Numbered from the stretch's first letter, positions 33,271-45,754 are shown. The stretch: 64,000 nt of DNA from an uncultured Hormoscilla sp. (GCA_963921275.4 OZ001293.3:5632001-5696000); one strand, 5' to 3'. Notes: generated by a model not told the origin, from the sequence alone. Made by a program: numbers and translations.

Positions 33271-33977
33271 TTGGTGGAGGTAACAGTCATGGTAATGCAA
33301 GCAACCAAAGCCAGAGAGATAATCTATCCCGAAAGCGATGGAAAACCAATGGCAGACAATACGGTGCAGTTCCGCAGGATAACGGTCATACATTATAATC
33401 TGGAGTCGCTATTTGCTCACAATCCCAACGTATTTATTGCGGGGGACTTGTTATGGTATCCAGTAGAACATGATACGGGAATAAGCCAAGCACCGGATGT
33501 GATGGTAGTGTTCGTCCCAAGGGCGATCGGGGTTCCTACCTACAGTGGAACGAAGGCAATATAGCGCCGCAGGTGGTGTTTGAAATCCGTTCTCCAAACA
33601 ATACCCGAACGGAAATGGACAGGAAATTGGTATTTTACAACCGCCACGGCGTAGAAGAATATTACCTGTACGATCCTAAGAAGAACGATCTGAGTGGATG
33701 GTTACGTTCCCAGTGGGGTTTAAATGTAATAGACCAGATGGATGGTTGGGTAAGCCTCCGGTTGCAAATTCGGTTCGATATGTCGGGAGAGTCCTTACAA
33801 CTGTACCGTCCGAATGGGAAAGCATTTGCGACCTATTCGGAGACAGAGGAACGACTCGAACAGACAAAGGAACGACTCGAACAGACACAGCAAGAACTAG
33901 AATTGAAGGATAGGGAAATTCAAAGGTTAAAAGAGTTGCTGCTCGCGGCTCGTATTGACCCGGATACAATTGATTGA
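33271..33977 (+). pseudogene. Uma2/DUF820 endonuclease, frameshifted near 33510
   Basis: QAPDVMVVF and PQVVFEIRSPNN...GVEEYYLYDP are in different frames. Confidence 0.85.
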
Positions 33978-34425
33978 ACTCGGGAAAATGCTCCCGGAAG
34001 ATGATTCTATAGGGGCGGTTTCAACGCGGCACTTAGTGCCGCCATGGCTTTGTCCTCCGGGGGACACAGCCGCCCGATCAGGGTGCACCTGTACCAGAAA
34101 GCCCGATCGCGGATAAAATAAAATAGGTAAATCTGTAAGAGAGCCCAGATGAGAGCGATCTTGCGCAACAGGCATTATTAACGATCTCGGATTTATATCT
34201 CTAGACCAACCCCTAGAGATAACTCCAGAAACAGCAGAGGATCCAGACGATGAAAGCATAGAGTCGGTAAAAGCTCCTCTGCGCCAGTCTTTAGCTTCTG
34301 CTAAAGAGGAAAAAGCTTATCCATTGCTCAATTGTGGTCGGGAATTGATGCAAAATGAACCGCCTTCTCGACTAAAATCTGTAGCAGCCCGATCGCCCCT
34401 GACAGGACGGGAGGGCGATCGCATC

Positions 34426-34635
34426 TTACTCTCCCTTTTCGTTTATCTGCTGCTTATAACGTCGAGCAGAAGCACGCAACTTGTTACTCGGTTCTGGCGG
34501 GTTGAGTAAAGCTTCTGCGAAATAAGCACTATCCGGATCGCTTAAATGCATCACATCCTTTTCTCGAACAATGCTTCTGGCTACCTTCTGCACGGCGTCG
34601 AGTCTGTTACGATCTCCTCGCATCTCATTCCTCAC
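34426..34635 (-). pseudogene. DUF1778 family antitoxin, N-terminally truncated
   Basis: MHLSDPDSAYFAEALLNPPEPSNKLRASARRY C-terminus. Confidence 0.7.
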
Positions 34636-34759
34636 TACAATATATAATCTGATTATATCTGAAAATTGTTTCCAGTCCCTTGCCTGCGGATCGCCTATGA
34701 CAGAACGGGAGGGCGATTGCTCATCTGGAGCCGGTGGTGGGCGGTGCCCACCCTACAAA

Positions 34760-35743
34760 CTATTGCATTACGCAAATACATTAGGACATTCTCGAAAGGC
34801 AGCATCAATGCAGTCTTGGAAATTCTCAAATTCGTTTATCCTTTGTTTCATCCAATTCTTGAGAACAAACCACCAATGCTCTATTTTATTAAGAGCGGGA
34901 GAATAGGTTGGTAAGTATAACAGCTCGCATCCAGCCGACTCAATTAGTTCCCTAACGAATATTGACTTATGAAAACTTGCATTTTCAATAATAACTACAT
35001 CTCCCAAGTTGAGGGATTAAACAGAATTCTACCCAAAATTCAAATAAATCCTTGTTACAACCTCCACTAAATGCTAAAGGAGCAAAGACCTTATCTTCTC
35101 TCTGCGCCGCTATCTAACTGACTCTCTCGGTTCGTTTTCCGGATTTTAGTGCGTAAAATCTTTCTCCTCGGATCGCAGTAACCATAGGGGTATTCTTCTC
35201 TGTTATCTATTCCTGCGATGTCTCAGGAGAGCGCTAATCGCACTACTCCTGAGACATCGCCTCATCAACGTATATTCTCTTATTTTTTCGAGATTATCTA
35301 GTTTTCGCAAAAACTCTTGACGTTTTTCTTCATCTCTTTCCCGATATCCATAGGTCTTTTTTTTTCTGCTTATCCCTAACCAAAGCATGGTTCTACTAAT
35401 ATTTGGTTGCGTAACACAATATGGCCATCTCTTTTTGAGTTTTATCTCCATGCTCCTTTATAAACGCACGAAACTTTTCTTGATTGTTGATTTTGGGTTG
35501 AGGACCTTTGCGACTGGCTGTTTTAGCCTGAAAATATCCAGTCTCAGCCTCTCTTTTCAACCAAAGGTCCAGAGGATTCCTGCTAATATTGAGTTTTCGA
35601 CATATGTTTGTTTTTCGTTCACCTCGTTTATAAGCTTCGATTGCCTTTTTCCGAAAAGCTGTAAGGGGCCGGCATTATTATTCTCCTCGAATCGGTCTTC
35701 TTGTTTTACATTATACGTCCTAAGCTGCTTTGGTAGTGCTATA
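34760..35743 (-). mobile_element. IS630-family element, degenerate
   Basis: MPAPYS start, [45 protein letters not shown]. Multiple frameshifts and TATAG-type ends. Confidence 0.85.
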
Positions 35744-35821
35744 CAAGGTTTTCAGAAGGTCCATTCCGGTGAGTTATAATCAATATACCTTGTCAGTAGC
35801 CAATATGGAGCACTCGCACTT

Positions 35822-36451
35822 ATGTCTTACAGCGAATTCACCCTCGAAGAACTAGAAAGCCAATTTCAACTAACAATTCAGGAAGAAGTGGAATTATTTG
35901 ACACCGTAGAACCAGTCACGCCGAGTGGACTCTTGAGAGAAATATTAGCAGAGAACATTCCCCTCGCCTTAGCAGTAGATACAGAAAAAGCCCGCTCTGA
36001 ATTGATTATAGCTCCAATATTGGTAGAAATGAGGAAGCAATTTAATCGTCAAATTAGTGTTTTCTCTGGGACAGAATTTAACGTAGATAGAAGTAAAGGA
36101 CTAAGCGGGAGATGTGACTTTATCATCAGTCATTCTCCCAGACAGTTGTCCGTGACCGCCCCAGTAGCTATTCTCGTGGAGGCAAAAGATGATAACATCA
36201 AATCTGGAATATTCCAGTGCATTGCCGAAATGGTAGCAGCTCAAGTATTTAACGAACAGAAAAATAATAACATTCCCAGCATCTATGGTATAGTCACAAC
36301 AGGAAGTATTTGGAAATTTATGAAATTGGCAGAAAAACAGGTGGCGATCGAGCCCGGAGAGCATTTCATCAACAATATAGAATCCCTGCTGGGCATCCTC
36401 TCATATATAATCCATACTACTCGCCCCCTCACCGTGGTCGAGAAGCCGTAG
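35822..36451 (+). CDS. Conserved PD-(D/E)XK-like hypothetical protein
   Basis: TEKARSELIIAPIL, GRCDFII, VEAKDDNI, QCIAEMVAAQ, YGIVTTG. Confidence 0.75.
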   Translation: MSYSEFTLEELESQFQLTIQEEVELFDTVEPVTPSGLLREILAENIPLALAVDTEKARSELIIAPILVEMRKQFNRQISVFSGTEFNVDRSKGLSGRCDFIISHSPRQLSVTAPVAILVEAKDDNIKSGIFQCIAEMVAAQVFNEQKNNNIPSIYGIVTTGSIWKFMKLAEKQVAIEPGEHFINNIESLLGILSYIIHTTRPLTVVEKP

Positions 36452-36522
36452 TTGGGTTGAGGCACGAAACCCAACCTACGATATTAAAGTAAATCATCGC
36501 CGAAGATATTACCGATCGCCCA

Positions 36523-37674
36523 GTGACGAATCAATTTACATTTCAATCTCAGGCTGAATGCAGCCACACCCAAGCCCGGGCCGGGATTTTTACCACCCCT
36601 CATGGTATAGTAGAAACACCCCGTTTCATGCCCGTAGGCACTACCGCCACCGTCAAAGGCGTCACCTCTTCCCAACTGTTGGCAACCGGTGCCCAGATTG
36701 TGCTAGCCAATACCTATCACCTCCACATCCAACCCGGAGAAGATTTGATCGCCAAAGCTGGAGGTTTACATAAATTCATGGACTGGAATGGCCCTATCCT
36801 CACGGACTCCGGCGGCTTCCAAGTCTTCAGCTTATCTGAGTTACGCACCATCAGCGAAGAAGGCGTCACCTTTCGTTCTCCCCGTGACGGACGGATGATT
36901 AACCTCACCCCCGAGCGCTCGATCCAGATCCAAAATAAACTGGGGGCAGATGTAATCATGGCCTTTGACGAATGTCCCCCCTACCCCGCCACCCGCGCAG
37001 CAGTGGAAGCAGCCACCTCACGCACCAGACGCTGGCTAGAACGTTGCCTTCAGACCCATAAACGTCCAGAGCAAGCCTTATTTGGCATCATCCAGGGAGG
37101 GGTATATCCAGACCTGCGGTCAGCCGCAGCCAAATCCCTAGTAGAATTAGACTTACCCGGTTATGCCATCGGTGGCGTCAGCGTCGGCGAACCAGAAGCA
37201 ATCATCGCCCAGATCGTCAAGGTAACCACCCCCTTGCTACCCCCCCACAAGCCCCGTTATCTCATGGGCATCGGCACATATCGGGAAATGGCCCAGGCGA
37301 TCGCCTCCGGTGTAGACCTGTTCGACTGCGTCATACCCACCCGTTTAGCCCGTCACGGCGCCGTCTTCGTCGCTGGGCATCGCTGGAACATCAAAAACGC
37401 CCAATTTACCGAAGACTTCGCCCCTCTGGACGGGGAATGTCCCTGCTACACCTGCCAGCACTTCAGCCGGGCCTACCTCAACCACCTCTGGCGATCACGG
37501 GAACTCTTAGTCTATACCCTACTGTCCATTCACAACCTCACGGAACTAATACGGTTCACCCAGAGGATCCGGGATGCCATTATCCGCGACTGCTTCACCA
37601 GGGAATTTTCCCACCTGCTTACCCCACCTCAAGTGACCAGTGACCAATTATCAGTTCCAGAAAATGTAGTTTAA
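36523..37674 (+). CDS. tgt: tRNA-guanine transglycosylase
   Basis: [43 protein letters not shown]. Confidence 0.97.
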   Translation: MTNQFTFQSQAECSHTQARAGIFTTPHGIVETPRFMPVGTTATVKGVTSSQLLATGAQIVLANTYHLHIQPGEDLIAKAGGLHKFMDWNGPILTDSGGFQVFSLSELRTISEEGVTFRSPRDGRMINLTPERSIQIQNKLGADVIMAFDECPPYPATRAAVEAATSRTRRWLERCLQTHKRPEQALFGIIQGGVYPDLRSAAAKSLVELDLPGYAIGGVSVGEPEAIIAQIVKVTTPLLPPHKPRYLMGIGTYREMAQAIASGVDLFDCVIPTRLARHGAVFVAGHRWNIKNAQFTEDFAPLDGECPCYTCQHFSRAYLNHLWRSRELLVYTLLSIHNLTELIRFTQRIRDAIIRDCFTREFSHLLTPPQVTSDQLSVPENVV

Positions 37675-37755
37675 ATTTGTCTTAGCTTAACTGAGGAACT
37701 ATGTTAAAATTTATTTAAATTATGAGAGCCCCAACTAGGAGAGGTAAATTTACAC

Positions 37756-37893
37756 ATGGAAGCAGTGCTGCTATTGGCCAAATTGCCCGAAGCTTACTCA
37801 ATTTTCAACCCCGTGGTAGACGTTATGCCCGTTATTCCCGTCTTTTTCTTGCTGCTGGCCTTCGTTTGGCAAGCCGCCGTTGGGTTTAAATAA
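37756..37893 (+). CDS. psbK: Photosystem II protein PsbK
   Basis: Hand translation [45 protein letters not shown] with RBS AGGAGAGG. Below the ORF-track cutoff. Confidence 0.97.
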   Translation: MEAVLLLAKLPEAYSIFNPVVDVMPVIPVFFLLLAFVWQAAVGFK

Positions 37894-37923
37894 GAACGTC
37901 ACAGGCGATCTGCCCGATCGCCT

Positions 37924-38481
37924 TTAACCGCGTTTCCCGATCGTCTTCTGGAAAGCCGGTCGTTCCGAAAGCCGTTTAATATAATCCACCACCGCCGGAT
38001 ACTCACTCAAATCCAGCTTCAGCATAATCGGCACGTAGGCCAAAAGGGACCCCACTGCCACATCCGCCACCGTCAACTCATTTCCCAGTAAAAACGGTTG
38101 CCGATCGAAAATATCATTCAGCGGTGGGAGAAGTTGGGACATCGCCCGATCGCGACTCGCCTCAACAAAAATCCCCGGTCCCAAAGTCGCATTGCCAAAT
38201 AGCACCCACTGTGCTATCTCCGAACGTTTTTCCAGAGACTCTGGCAGTTGGGAGTGCTTTTCCGCCAGATACATGAGACAGGCCCCCGACTCCCACAGAT
38301 TAAAATCCCCCTCCACGATCGCTGGCACCTTCCCCATCGGATTAATCGCCAGAAACTCTGGTTGCTTGTGTTCTCCCGCCTCCATATCCAGCAAGACGAA
38401 CTCGTAAGGGATCTCCAGTTCTTCCAAATACCATTGCACAATCGACGCCCGCGATCGGGCCCCACCGTATAATTTCAACAT
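37924..38481 (-). CDS. Glutathione S-transferase family protein
   Basis: INPMGKVPAI, LWESGACLMYL, TVADV. Confidence 0.93.
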   Translation of the reverse strand: MLKLYGGARSRASIVQWYLEELEIPYEFVLLDMEAGEHKQPEFLAINPMGKVPAIVEGDFNLWESGACLMYLAEKHSQLPESLEKRSEIAQWVLFGNATLGPGIFVEASRDRAMSQLLPPLNDIFDRQPFLLGNELTVADVAVGSLLAYVPIMLKLDLSEYPAVVDYIKRLSERPAFQKTIGKRG

Positions 38482-38482
38482 C

Positions 38483-38950
38483 TTACAAAACCTTGTGAGT
38501 ATACTCGTGTTGCTTCACATTATCCTCCTTCCGCACAATATTTTCGGCATTCAGCACCCGCTTGCGGGCCGTTGAATAGTTAAAATCCTGGCGAATTGTG
38601 CCCAGAGGGATGTGATTTTTCGCACTTGGACGACTCTTATAGCTGCGCGTCGCCGCGATCGCCCTCTCCGCGAACTCATCGGGAAACTGGGCCATTGATG
38701 GGAAATCATCGGGTCTTTGCGGAGTTTCACCGGTTAGCACCCTTCCCAAAGTCGTTCCACAAGCCATTTCATAGGAAGTTGGAATTCCCTTCACAATTGC
38801 TTCCAGGGCCGCCGAAGGTATCGGTTCCACCACCTTCACCTCATGGACATCTCCCTCTTCCTTAATGAAACAGGTAGCCAAGCCCACCACCAAATAGTCA
38901 TCTTTAGACAGTTCCGGAGCATTTGCATATACCACTGTACTTGTCATCAC
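38483..38950 (-). CDS. Conserved cyanobacterial hypothetical protein
   Basis: DDYLVVGLATCF, EPIPSAALE, DNVKQH. Directly upstream of the GST gene. Confidence 0.75.
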   Translation of the reverse strand: MMTSTVVYANAPELSKDDYLVVGLATCFIKEEGDVHEVKVVEPIPSAALEAIVKGIPTSYEMACGTTLGRVLTGETPQRPDDFPSMAQFPDEFAERAIAATRSYKSRPSAKNHIPLGTIRQDFNYSTARKRVLNAENIVRKEDNVKQHEYTHKVL

Positions 38951-39690
38951 AATCCGACCTTATCCCTTGCTGAGTACCAAATTATATAGCCTTTTACATA
39001 CCGATACCGCCACTCACTCATCCTTGTGACAATTGAGCGACTGGCACAATCTCCAACTAGCGCGGGCCATCGCCAACTTCATCAATTAAACTTTTGGCCT
39101 TGCACAATCGAGGGATGATAGTCATTGTCAATTTTTCATTGTTTGCGCTCATTTTTTATAGTCATAAATAATCAAAATTTGCAATTTTCAATTTTCGATT
39201 TGCAATTTTCAACCCAGAACTTTTTAGCAGTAATACACGTCCCTAAACACACCGCCTCTTGCCCGAACTATCTCTGGAATCAAGATGCCCTTGAGCGTAT
39301 AATTTATTATTGGCGGCATCTGTGGGGCCACAGCCAGCAACCACTTCAGTAACTGACACAATGTCCGTTCCCGGTGGCACGAGCAAGAAATAGGGTAAAT
39401 GTATTCAGGCATCTATACAGCAATACAGCAAATGAACAACAACTCCCCCAGTATTTTACATCCCACTATTTTGGCCGCCACAACGCAAGGACTCTTTCCT
39501 CTGGGAGCCCCCTGCTAACAGCCCCGAAGCCCGTCAGCAACGCCGGTTAGAAGCCTGGTTAAACGACTTGCTCCGACCCCTATTAGCTTAGAACAGTTGT
39601 TAGTTGTCGGTTGTTAGTCGTTAGTTGTCGGTTGACCACTGACCGCTGTTTGGGGCTTTAGCCCAACAACGAACGACTACTGACCACTGA

Positions 39691-40192
39691 CTACTTATTT
39701 TCCTCTATCAGAACAATCGGACGGCGTTGGGGAGCAACTCTGTGACTTTCCTCCTGCATCACCGTTTTCGCCTGCCCTGGATCGAAAGCCCGGTTAAAAT
39801 CCCTTTGCCAGCGGTTTACACGTTCTTCTGCACGCTTCACCTCTGTTTGGATAACGAGGGACTTTTCCTGTACAGACTGATATAAGGGCAATAAGCGCAT
39901 CAGCCCCGAAATTGCTGCCGCCGCCAGTACCAAATTCACCGTTAGCTTAGCTGTTGTTTCCAGGGCCCTGGCTTTTTCAGCCCGCAACATACCCTGGCCT
40001 CCTGTTTCCCCCGATGCTGCGTCTCCTGGTGCTGCATCTCCTGGGAGCGCTAATCGCACTACCCAGGAGATGCAGCGCGCTAATCGCACGTTCCCAGGCA
40101 GAGCCGTGGGAACGAGGGGGGGGACACAACCCCGCTGTTGGCGACGTGACTTCGAGAGTGGTTTTTCTTGTCGTGTCGCTTGATGGCATCAT
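39691..40192 (-). pseudogene. slr1601-like protein (TM plus coiled coil) with its 5' part disrupted by repeat insertions
   Basis: ALETTAKLTVNLVL...LLP...FDPGQAKTVMQE. ATG at 40192 is out of frame with the body, and nested repeats lie at 40012-40125. Located near psaM. Confidence 0.6.
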
Positions 40193-40210
40193 ATTTACAG
40201 CTCAAACTTA

Positions 40211-42608
40211 ATTAAACTAAGCCAGTCCGTCACCGGACCGACTCGTCTTCAAAACCGGACATGAGACTTTCGCCTCATCCTGCTCCTCGGTCACGCCACC
40301 CTTGTCATGGGTACGGCTACTGCCATCGCTGGCAGTCTTTTTGTCGTGGCAGTGTTTGTGTAGCAACTGTAGGTTGTCATACCGGTCCTTACCTCCTAGT
40401 GAAAGGGGCATGATATGGTCAACTTCCCATTTGTCACTATCCATAAACGTTAGTCCGCACTGTTGGCATTTTCCCTTTTGCTGCTTGAGTAGCGTTGCTA
40501 CCCTTTTACTCAGTTCGGGGCTTTTGCCTAATCTTGTGCTCCAATATGTGAGGTTCCCGTCGTATGGGCTTGCGGTCCCTTTCACTTTTACGTGTCTGAT
40601 TATCTCAGTTTCGGAGTGTTTACGTATCTTCATATCACCCTCTTTTGTCTTGCTTCGGAATCGCCATTTAGCATCCTGGTTTACAGACCAGTATTTATAG
40701 GTTATCCAGTTACTTGACTTGTTAGGGTGCCTCCTTTTGGCCCATTGCCATAGGATGTTCCATAGGTAGTTGTCCATATCGCTGTAAATTTCCTTGCTTA
40801 CCACTGTCCTAAAGTAGTTTGACCATCCCCTTATTATCGGGTTTAGCCTGCTTATTAGGGCCGCTTGTGGTGCTGTTATATGGCTAGTTACCATTTCTGA
40901 TAACCGTTCTTTATGCTTCCCTATGGACTTATTACTGGGTTTGATTAGGGTTTTGAATCCTAGGGGTGTTCCGTTTGTTGATTTGCCGGTTCTGTATTTT
41001 CCCTCTTTATATTGCCTTATATTGAATCCTAGGAAGTCGAATCCCGGGTTTTCTCCATTTAGCCTGTGGGCTATCTTTGTCTTTTCAGCCTTCAACTCAA
41101 GCCCTATTCTTCTTAGCCACTCTGCCACCACTGTTTGCGCTCTGTCTATCATCTCCCTGTCTTCATGCATGATCACAAAGTCGTCTGCGTATCTGACTAC
41201 CGTCAGCTTTTGCTTTTCCCTTTGTGTCTTTGCTAATTCCATTACTGCTTCCTCTAACCCCTGTAGGGCTATATTGGCTAGCAGTGGGGATATGACACCC
41301 CCTTGTGGCGTTCCTGCCTCAGTTGTGTGCCATATCTTCTTGTCAATCACCCCGGCTTTTAACCATGCCCGTACTTGTTTACGGATTGGTGACGTAGTAT
41401 TTAATTTTTCGACTAGCGCTTTGTGGTCTATCCTGTCGAAACATTTCGCAATATCTGCATCTAATACCCATTTGGGTTTCTGTTTAATGCTGCTGAATAT
41501 TGCCGCAATTGCATCGTGGCATCCCCGACCCGGTCTGAATCCGTATGAGTTCCCCTCCATATATGCTTCCCATTCGGGTTCGAGCGCAATCTTGAGGAGC
41601 CCTTGATTCGCGCGGTCGTGCATCGTGGGTATTCCTAAAGGACGTTTTTCTTCTCTCCCTGGCTTAGGAATCCATACACGACGTGTAGGCTTAGCCTTGT
41701 TTGAGATTTCAATCTGTCCTACCAGTTCTCGGCGTTGCTTTGGGGTTAGTGATTTCACACCATCCACACCGGCTGTCTTCTTTCCCTGGTTATCTTGTGT
41801 AACCCGTCGTACCGCTAGACATTTGGCAGCCCGGGAGCTTACCAGTAACCTTTGGAGCCTGCGAACTTTTTGCTTATTGCCTTCTTGTGCCGCTCTGTAA
41901 ATTCGTTTTTGCAACTTAAAGACTACCCGTTCCAGCCGAGGCCAGGGGATATCCTTCCATTCATTCATCGATTTTGACATCGTGCTCATGACGTATGTAT
42001 TGCTACTTACAACTTTACAATTGACGTTACCGTGAGGGCGTCAGCATATCCCATCCATTACAGAAAGGCGTTAGCTTCTCCGCGAAATCTTTCCCAGATA
42101 TAACCTGCCGAATGTAAGCAGATGTTGCGCCTTTGGTGGCTGCTCAACCTATCGACCGGTGGTTGAGAGTATGTACCTGGTTTACTTCGTTCCTCTAGAT
42201 GATTGGTCGTAGTTTTAGGTGGATTCCTTATGCCGGGTTTATTGTCGGTGCTTATTGGTCAGAATTCAAACCGCCAATGACCATTATCCTTTCCCTTTTG
42301 GGCCAGCGTGTTTAGCCTTATTACGCTGGTTTGTCGTAACGACACTGTAAATCTTTGCTTTCGCTCACCGTGACTACTTGCACGCTGCGCGAAAAATCGG
42401 CGATGACCGGTTTAGGCTACCAGCCAGGGCGCCTTTCGTACCCGCTTCACGGATTGATGCCATCGCTACCGTGGGGTAAGTGCTGTCACTCCTGCACCTG
42501 GAGGGGTGGGCTTTCACCACCATCATCTAAAAGTTATCAAGGCTAATGGAGCCTTGCCAGTGGTCCCCCTTCGGTTATCACCGGTGGTTTACACTGAACG
42601 AGTCGCAC
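40211..42608 (-). mobile_element. Group II intron 2 (RT-encoding, intact ORF)
   Basis: 5' GTGCGACTCGTTCAG at 42608, domain V GAGCAGGATGAGGCGAAAGTCTCATGTCCGGTTT, 3' GGCTTAGTTTAAT at 40211. Confidence 0.95.
40217..41989 (-). CDS. ltrA: Group II intron reverse transcriptase/maturase with HNH endonuclease
   Basis: 590 aa. RPLGIPT, PQGGVISPLLANI, YADD, GWSNYF, CxxC/HNH tail. Confidence 0.95.
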   Translation of the reverse strand: MSTMSKSMNEWKDIPWPRLERVVFKLQKRIYRAAQEGNKQKVRRLQRLLVSSRAAKCLAVRRVTQDNQGKKTAGVDGVKSLTPKQRRELVGQIEISNKAKPTRRVWIPKPGREEKRPLGIPTMHDRANQGLLKIALEPEWEAYMEGNSYGFRPGRGCHDAIAAIFSSIKQKPKWVLDADIAKCFDRIDHKALVEKLNTTSPIRKQVRAWLKAGVIDKKIWHTTEAGTPQGGVISPLLANIALQGLEEAVMELAKTQREKQKLTVVRYADDFVIMHEDREMIDRAQTVVAEWLRRIGLELKAEKTKIAHRLNGENPGFDFLGFNIRQYKEGKYRTGKSTNGTPLGFKTLIKPSNKSIGKHKERLSEMVTSHITAPQAALISRLNPIIRGWSNYFRTVVSKEIYSDMDNYLWNILWQWAKRRHPNKSSNWITYKYWSVNQDAKWRFRSKTKEGDMKIRKHSETEIIRHVKVKGTASPYDGNLTYWSTRLGKSPELSKRVATLLKQQKGKCQQCGLTFMDSDKWEVDHIMPLSLGGKDRYDNLQLLHKHCHDKKTASDGSSRTHDKGGVTEEQDEAKVSCPVLKTSRSGDGLA

Positions 42609-42953
42609 TAAATCGCCGACATTACACCGATTACAGTCCCAAGCAGATGTCGCTAATGAGAGTCCTGCTCCTATACAATCTACAACAGAACTGCGTTGTC
42701 AGTTGTTAGTTGTGGGTTGTTAGTTGTTAGTTACTCGTTGTTCCTTGGCTGCTGACCACCGATCGCCTACCTCTAATACAACTAGCCACTGACTACTGAC
42801 CACTGACTTGCGATCGTCAAGGGGGGCTGCCTTGTCTGCACTAGCAAACCATACAGCCCCAGTACTTACGCAACTTTTTCCGTCCTAGACTGCCGATAGC
42901 CTCGGGCTAGCCCAGAGTTGTGTAAGTCCTCAGTTCTTGGCGACCAACTAGCC

Positions 42954-43049
42954 CTACTTGTAAAGTTCCGTTCCTAGCCGGTACATCAATACCAACGGAA
43001 ACAATGCAATTACTAGAGCCGTGTAGACTTGAACATCCGATAGACTCAT
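42954..43049 (-). CDS. psaM: Photosystem I subunit XII PsaM
   Basis: Hand translation MSLSDVQVYTALVIALFPLVLMYRLGTELYK with RBS AGGAG. Confidence 0.93.
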   Translation of the reverse strand: MSLSDVQVYTALVIALFPLVLMYRLGTELYK

Positions 43050-43242
43050 GGTTATCAAACTCCTGAAAATAATGGTAGTTTCTCACCACTGTCGGTCAAA
43101 TTGGGCAAAACTGGAAGGGGTTTGTTACAAAACTTAACTTTCGGGCTGATGACAACCGGTAGATTAGGTGAGAGTAGAACAGGAGTCGGACGGGGCATGT
43201 GCTGCGTTTAACCCTCACAAATCCAACAAGTAGATCCGTGCA

Positions 43243-44077
<835 letters not shown>

Positions 44078-44735
44078 AGTATAACAGAGCGCATGAGATT
44101 GGCGCGCTCAGGCAAGGCTCGTGCAAAGCTCGTAGCGTAACACGCTCACGCTGCGAGCGCTTATAGTTAGCAGCCAGGGCTAGCCATCCACTGCTTTTTT
44201 CTAGCTTAGTGGACTTGCCTCACAAAAAGCAAGTAATATACCGGATTTGCCGCTCTCAAGTAAGACGAGCGCCTGCTATGGCAATAATACGGAACGAGGG
44301 AGATGATGAGAGATTACTGCCAAATCCCCCGCTCGTACTGAGGATTACCCCAAATATTGGAGATGTGTAAGTTTTTGGGCAACAAGAGCGCAACTCCAGA
44401 TAAGTAGGATGCGTATTTTGCCAGAAGACGAGATCGCCTCTGGACTGGGATGGTGCCCACCAGTGACCAGGACCAGGCCCACCAGTGACAACTAACAACT
44501 GACAACTGATAACTTGACAAAGAGCAGGAGAGATGAGTTATTATATACAGATTAACCTAGCCCGAACGATAGTGGTCGATTTTGAGTGGGAAAACTAGAG
44601 GACAGGCTGGTCGCTATACTGGGTCGGGCCTAGCTCGGGGCGGTATAAATCTGGGTTGGTATCTACACGCACATGGCTACAGGGCGAGGTCATACAAGTT
44701 GCGCCTGCGCGATCGGAGAGTTGGAGTTAAAGCTA

Positions 44736-45407
44736 ATGGATGCTCCTGTTCCAGGTCCAAGAGTAATTACCAGAACTAGCTTGGCTCGCCAGCTGCGAAG
44801 CTTACAGGGGGACGTATTACGCATGGGATCCCTGGTAGAAAAGTCCTGCTGGCTGGCCCGTAAAGCTATATACGATTGGGATTTGGCAGCGGCCAAAGAG
44901 ATCGCGGTGCAAGATAAACAGATCGATCGATTTTACCGACAAATTGAACTAAACTGCGTCAGCACGATGGCACTCCAGGCACCGGTGACCCAAGACTTGC
45001 GGTTAATCAGTGCTCTGATGCAGCTAGTACGAGACCTGGAGCGAATAGGTGATTATGCTAAGGATTTAGGCGAAATCGCGTTTAAACTGTTTGCTTATCC
45101 GCCTCATGAGTGCATGGGAAAAATTCAGGTGATGTTAGACAGAACTCAAGCTATGCTGGCAATGAGTTTAAGGGCCCTGTCGGACTTGGATGCCCAGGCG
45201 GGTCTAGAAGTTAAGGTGAAAGATGATCAGGTAGATTCAGACTACCTGATCATCTATAACGAACTGGCCAATCAAAAGGATCTTCAGGGGGTGGTGGAAC
45301 AGACTATGCTACTGGTGTTAGTCATCCGTCACTTGGAACGCATGGCAGACCATGCTACTAATATTGGACAACGAGTGGCTTACATTGTCACAGGTCAGCG
45401 CTATTGA
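44736..45407 (+). CDS. phoU: Phosphate signalling protein PhoU
   Basis: ALQAPVTQDLR, DLERIGDYA, LERMADHATNI. Confidence 0.95.
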   Translation: MDAPVPGPRVITRTSLARQLRSLQGDVLRMGSLVEKSCWLARKAIYDWDLAAAKEIAVQDKQIDRFYRQIELNCVSTMALQAPVTQDLRLISALMQLVRDLERIGDYAKDLGEIAFKLFAYPPHECMGKIQVMLDRTQAMLAMSLRALSDLDAQAGLEVKVKDDQVDSDYLIIYNELANQKDLQGVVEQTMLLVLVIRHLERMADHATNIGQRVAYIVTGQRY

Positions 45408-45754
45408 CCTCTTGGTTGTCCTGTTCCCTATAGGTGTGAATTGACATCGATACCAACTGGACTAGGTGGGAAAAACAGCAAAGGGTTTTGCCATGCTGGA
45501 CATCGGTGCCGCCCCGCATTGTATCATCAATGTCTCCTGTGTGCCGTCCATGTCCCCTGGGACAAGAGCAAGGAGCAGAGATATCGAATCATCGACTTTC
45601 AAAAGATGGTGACACACAACCTACGGAAGTGGCCATGATGTCTGGAGACGTGATGATCTGGCGATATCACTTGACACAGGGTGAGATCCTATCGTCTCAC
45701 CCCTGTCAAGTGATATGGGATTGACAATTGTTCAAGGAGAGGAATCATCGCTAC

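Noticed and set aside
39125..39592. Possible riboswitch or small gene
   Set aside because: No recognisable aptamer. Protein-like fragments lie in shifting frames with no family I can name.
42821..42860. Possible tmRNA 5' end (GGGGCTGTATGGTTT on the minus strand)
   Set aside because: It forms only a short local hairpin downstream of psaM, with no tag ORF or tRNA-like 3' end.
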